Below are positions 55,261-61,200 of a stretch of DNA of 64,000 bases, one piece after another. The number at the start of each line of letters is the position of its first letter. Position 1 is the stretch's first letter. The stretch is from assembly GCF_006345805.1 (NCBI RefSeq), contig NC_043013.1, positions 25,606,001 to 25,670,000 of the forward strand, written 5' to 3'. The notes beneath the pieces are model-generated. The model was not told the origin of the DNA, ran no database searches, and saw nothing but the letters and a program-made list of their open reading frames with translations. A program made the translations under genes and the position numbers. The DNA is from Octopus sinensis (Eukaryota).

Positions 55261-58200
55261 GGGAGAGAGGGAGAATTTGGTTGCTTAATCAGCTTGAAAT
55301 AGCAACTAATTTTCCTCCTGTCATCTTGGACTGAGCAACAATGCTAGTCATTGCTGTCATCAGTTAACATCTATTTTCCAGACTGGCATGGGTTGGAGAT
55401 GGCTTCACAGGTGTTGGTGGACCAGAGCACTGTGCCAAGATCCAGTGTTTCCTTTGGCATTTTATTTTACGGTTGAATGTCATCCCTAATGTCAACACTC
55501 TTTATTGTATGTGCCTTTTATGCAGCACTGGAACTAGTGAAATCGTAAACAAGATCCACCTCCCACCAGCACTTCAGCTGAATGTGATGTGATGTATCGA
55601 AGGAAGTGGTTTAATGCTGGGTGGTGAGAGATTAAGGTATGATAAAGGGACAGTCTTTATAAAAAAGAAAAGGCAAAAGGACACTATGAAGTATATTTGC
55701 CACCTAAATGTGGCTAACCCTTAAGGGTTAATGCTACTGTAGCCCCAGGAAGATATCTCCTCCAGCTGGCTATTGACACTCTTTCTGTGCCCTATCAGTG
55801 TTTGCAAAGGGAAGTCATCTTTCTTATCTCCAGCCTGATGTGATACACACAGACCCGAGTTTCTGGGTATTGACCCATCATCAGAAACTCGGGTCCATGT
55901 GTTTCACGTCAGGCTGGAGATGGGAAGGATGACTTCCCTTTGCAAATACTAATAGGGCACACATAGTGTGTCAATAGCGAGATGGAGGAGATGTCTTCCT
56001 GGGGCTACAAGCTACAGTAGCATCAACCCTTATGGGTTAGCCACATTTAGGTGGTAAATATACTTCACAATGTTGTGCAGCTACTGTTTATATCTCACTC
56101 AGAAAAGGATACTAGTCCATGCTTGTGCTTTGGGTGGGAAATTTCTTGTAGACACTTTATTTATAACAAAAGACAAAGACCACCATCGATATAAATATTT
56201 CTATATCATTTCAGGAGTGTGCAAAAGAAGAAGAAACTTTGGATACATTAGTGGAGAGTTTTTCTGCTTTGATACAGTTAATAGAAGACAACAAGGCAGA
56301 GGCTTCTGAACCGAAAGGTATTATAATCATTATCATCATTTAATGTCCATTTTCTCTGCTGGCATGGGTTCGACGGTTTGATTTGGGACTGGCAAGCCAG
56401 GAGGCTGCACCAGGCTCTAATCTGATCTGGCAATATTTCTACAGATGGATGCCCTCCTAACGCCAACCGTTCTGAGAGGTAGTGGGTGCTTTTTACATAC
56501 CACCGGCACAGGAGCCAGTCAGGTGGCACTGACATCGGCTACATTTTGAATATTTTAAACTCTTACTCTTTTACTCTTTCAGTCATTTGACTGCGGCCAT
56601 GCTGGAGCACCGCCTTTAATTGAGCAACTCGACCCTGGGACTTATTCTTTGTAAGCCCAGTACTTATTCTATCGGTCTCTTTTGCCGAACCGCTGAGTAA
56701 CGGGGATATAAACACACCAGCATCGGTTGTCAAGCAATGCTAGGGGGACAAACACAGACACACAAATACACACACGCATATATATATATATATATATATA
56801 TATGACGGGCTTCTATCAGTTTCCGTCTACCAATTCCACTCACAAGGCTTTGGTCAGCCCGAGGCTATAGTAGAAGATACTTGCCCAAGGTGCCACGCAG
56901 TGGGACTGAACCCAGAACCATCTGGTTGGTAAGCTAGCTACTTGTGTTTTTTTTTTTTTTTTTTTTTTTTCTTGAAGCATTTAGTCCACGAATGATGTGG
57001 TGCAATGCATGCAGCCTTTCAAGGCTGTCACAGACTGGATTGGGACAGCAAGAAAATATTAATGTAGCTAGTATTTGATGTTAGTGTTTAAGTAGGGTGT
57101 TGGGGTAACATTTGGATGTGGAATTTTAAAGGGGTGCAGTTTTGGCAGGGAAAATATTGGATGGAATCTAAATTCTCTTAGGTCTCTTGAGTCAGGGCTG
57201 ATTTAGGTTCAACCCCAACTAAATTTTAACACTAGTTTCTAGCAATAATTCCTGAAATTTCTGGTATTTTAATAAATCTCCTTTAATGAGAAATAAAAAA
57301 AAAAAAAGTCTTAAAGACCTGAAAGGAGTTGTTTAAAATTATTTTGAAAGTATTAAAACCAATAAAACATTTGTCTCTGTCTAACTATGATCGACTCCAT
57401 CTTATAATATTGTAACTTTCATTTCATGTCTATTCCCAGAATTTGTGGAACCTGTGATGCCAGAGGGTGAAACTCTGAATTCCTTATTTAACCATAGAGC
57501 ACTATTTGTTCTTACTGATTCCGAAGACGAACGTCTCAACACTGCTTACTGGATGTCCCCCGCAAATTCCGATGATATAGATATAGAGTTGGATTTGGTA
57601 CGTTTTAACCTTCAAGAGTTGGTGGCCAAATACTGCCCTGAATTTAACTTGGAAGAAGAATTAAAGAAAGCAACTGACACAACGCCATATGAAGGACCAC
57701 CAAAACCCAAACGAGACAGGTTGGTTGGTCGGCTTGTTTCTTTAGTTTATTTTTTGAAAATTCTTTTATTCTTTTACTTGTTTCAGTCATTTGACTGTGG
57801 CCATGCTGGAGCACCGCCTTTAGTCGAACAAATCAACAAGACTTATTCTTTGTAAGTCTAGTACTTATTTTATTGGTCCCTTTTGTTGAACCGTTAAGTT
57901 ACAGGGATGTAAACACACCAGCATTGGTTGTCAAGCGATGTTGGGGAACAAACAGACACACAAACTTATACACACAAACACACATATATACGACAGGCTT
58001 TTTTCAGTTTCTATCTACCAAATCCACTCACAAGGCTTTGGTTGGTTCGAGGTTATAGTAGAAGACACTTGCCCAAGGTGCCACGCAGTGGGACTGAACC
58101 TGGAACCTTGTGGTTGGTAAGCAAGCTACTTACCACACAGCCACTCCTATGCCTATTGATGAAATATTTTGTTCTCAGAGACAAATTCAGTGAACCAATG

Positions 58201-61200
58201 AAGGCTTCACTACATCTTTGGGGAAAAGAAATAAAGTCTTGAAGTGAAGAACTTACAGACTGTCTCTCAAAGACTTGGCAAACACTGTAATTGTGAAATG
58301 GTAACAAAGAACCTGTCTAGTACAGAATGCTCTGAGACATGTCTAATATATGTTGTTTGTAATATCCTCAGGTGTTCTGTTATTTTCATGCCATTTAAAT
58401 GCTTGTATTTATAATTGTCTTGACCAAGAAAATCATAGAACAAATGGAAGATAAAACTAATTGAAAGAAGTCAATTAATTATTCCCTATTAATTGTATTG
58501 TTCCTTTCTTCTTTTTTTCATTAGACTGGGTCGTCGTAAGTCCTCAGAAGGTGTTCATTTTCCTCGAGGTAAAGGAACTAAACAGAAATTTGGTAAGTTG
58601 ATGCTATTTTCTTCTGTGCCATAAGTTAATGACATTATTGATAGGTAATTAAAGCTTTTCATTATCGATCAATAACAGATGCCATTCTTGCATGGTAGTA
58701 TGGATCTGACAAGTGTGTTTTTCTTTTCTGTGGCTTTTAGACGTCCGTTTCAATTATCTTGCATTATGTTTCCCTTGACAGAGAAGTCCTCTCAGCTCTT
58801 GTCTAAATGCTTCTTTCCAGTTGACACTATTGTTTTCATTTGTTAAACGATGATGATGTATCCATTCTTCATTACATACCCATTTCTTTATTACCCACAA
58901 GGGGCTAAACATAGAGGGGACAAACAAGGACAGACATAGGTATTAAGTCGATTACATCAACCCCAGTGCGTAACTGGTACTTAATTTATCGACCCCGAAA
59001 GGATGAAAGGCAAAGTCGACCTCAGTGGAATTTGAACTCACAATGTAACGACAGATGAAATATCGCTATGTGTTTCGTCCGGCATGCTAACATTTCTGCC
59101 AGCTCGCCACCTTCAAGGGGCGATACCCATAGGAAGATAATGCATGTCTGAAAATGTCTTTTATAAACACCACACCCTTGTTGACACCATGTAAAAAGCA
59201 CCGATGTTGGTGCCACAGAAAAGACACCCAGTACTCTCTGGTATCTGGAAGGGTATCCATCTGCAGAAACCATGTCAAAACAGATGACCAGAGTCCAGCT
59301 TGCCAGCTCCTGTCGCACCATCCAACCCATGCCAGCATGGAAAATGGATAATAATAATGATGACAATGAAGCAATTACCTTCTCAGGTTTCCTGCAAGCA
59401 ATGTTGCTAGACTTCTTTGAATGTCCTACAGTTACAAAATACATTCACCTTTGTCATATTTATCTTCTCTTTCTCTCTCCCAGCTCACATCTTCAAGTTT
59501 TCAATAAATTTCTTCTATGAGAATTGGGTCATCTGCATACCCAAAGTTCCTGCAGTTAACCTGTTGTCAATGCTGGCACATATTAGGACTTCTCTAAAAT
59601 ATTTCTTGTAATATCTTGGATTGTTTGTAATGTCTTATTGTTTTAGCTTTGAGTCGACCCTGATTGGGCAAACCTATTAATCAATGGGATTCCAGCAGTG
59701 ACCATCATGCCTTTTCAGCAGTCTCTCAGATTATATTTTCAAATATGTCTTTTTTTTTCTCTCGTTAGATGTCATTTGAAGGATATTTAGCTGATGTTTC
59801 TAGCAGTTTGAGCAACCACATCAAGACCCATGTGTTTATTTACTTGTATATTAATTATAATTGTCTTTATGAATAAAATGCAACTATTTTCTGCTTCAGA
59901 CATATTCTAACCAAATAAGAGCTTGAATATATATATATGTATGCATTTGTATTTCTGCAGGGGCATCCATCAGAGGTCGAGGTGCTTCAAGGGGTATGGC
60001 TTCAAATCGTTCAGACCCTTTCCGCTCTCGGCCCCCAAATACAAGCCGACCACCTTCCATGCATGTTGATGACTTCAACAAATTACAGAAGACAAACCAA
60101 CAGTTGATGGGGCCAACAGGATTGAACAGAAGACCAGATAAAGTTAGTTTTTATTAATGTTGAATTATTTATCTTCAAATACTGTAAACCCTCTCCACTT
60201 ATTTTCTAGGTTCTTGGTCACATTAGACTTCAAATTATTGTTAGTTTATAAATGTGTATTTGTGTGTATATATACAGGGTGCAGTGAATAAATTGTCTAA
60301 ATTACACAAAAATGAAAATAACACTGATATCTCATTTTAAAAGATGTATTTACCAAAATTACATAAAAATATTGTGAAATATTAAGGAGAAAATTTATTC
60401 AACAAAATCGCCATTGGCTTCAAATCACAGCCTTCAGACGACTTCAGAATCTCCTGCAATTCTTCTGGACGGTCTCCTTGTTTAATTTGGTGAATGCTGC
60501 CATAATTCTTGCCCTCAATTCATCTTTAGTGTTACAAGGAGTTTCGTTGGTCTCTTGCTCAACTGCAGTCTGAGGAGTTAGGTGGCCAGATGTTAAAGGT
60601 AATGTGGTCGCAGAAATTGTCTGACAGCCATGACTGGATTCTCCTGCTTGTGTGGCATGGTGCAGTCACCCTCTTGACCCAGGGCAGCACTGCCCCCTCC
60701 AGGTACTTGATGTAGTCCTCCGTGTTGAGTCTGAGGCCATGTGGGAAGATGAATGGAGGCATAACATTGCCATCAGTAGTGATCACTCCAAACAACATGA
60801 TGTTAACTGGATGTTTGATTTTTATCACTTTTAATACATGATTTGGAGACACAGCAAACACTCAGATTGATACTCAAACACTATGAAATATTTGTATTGG
60901 ATTTCTGGAATGAATACCCTGCAGTACAATATGTGGTTTCCAAATTTCCAAGAGAGAGCATTGTGTCATGGTGCTGTATTTCTTGCCGACAGTGCCCAAC
61001 TGACCCTACTTTACTGTATAGTCGACAAAATCAAAAACAATGTGCATGCACGAAATTAAAAACATAAAATAGCGACAATTTACCCTGTGTATGCACACAC
61101 ACACATATATGTGTTAACAACAAACAAGATGAGGACAAATATCTGTCAAATGTAAATAATCTCTTAATTTATATGTTCCCCCCTTTTGTCCTGATTCTTG

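Noticed and set aside
59484-59611. Possible extra exon after a strong pyrimidine tract (ORF 59417..59611)
   Set aside because: No phase-compatible donor before the stop, and exons 31 and 32 already join in frame.
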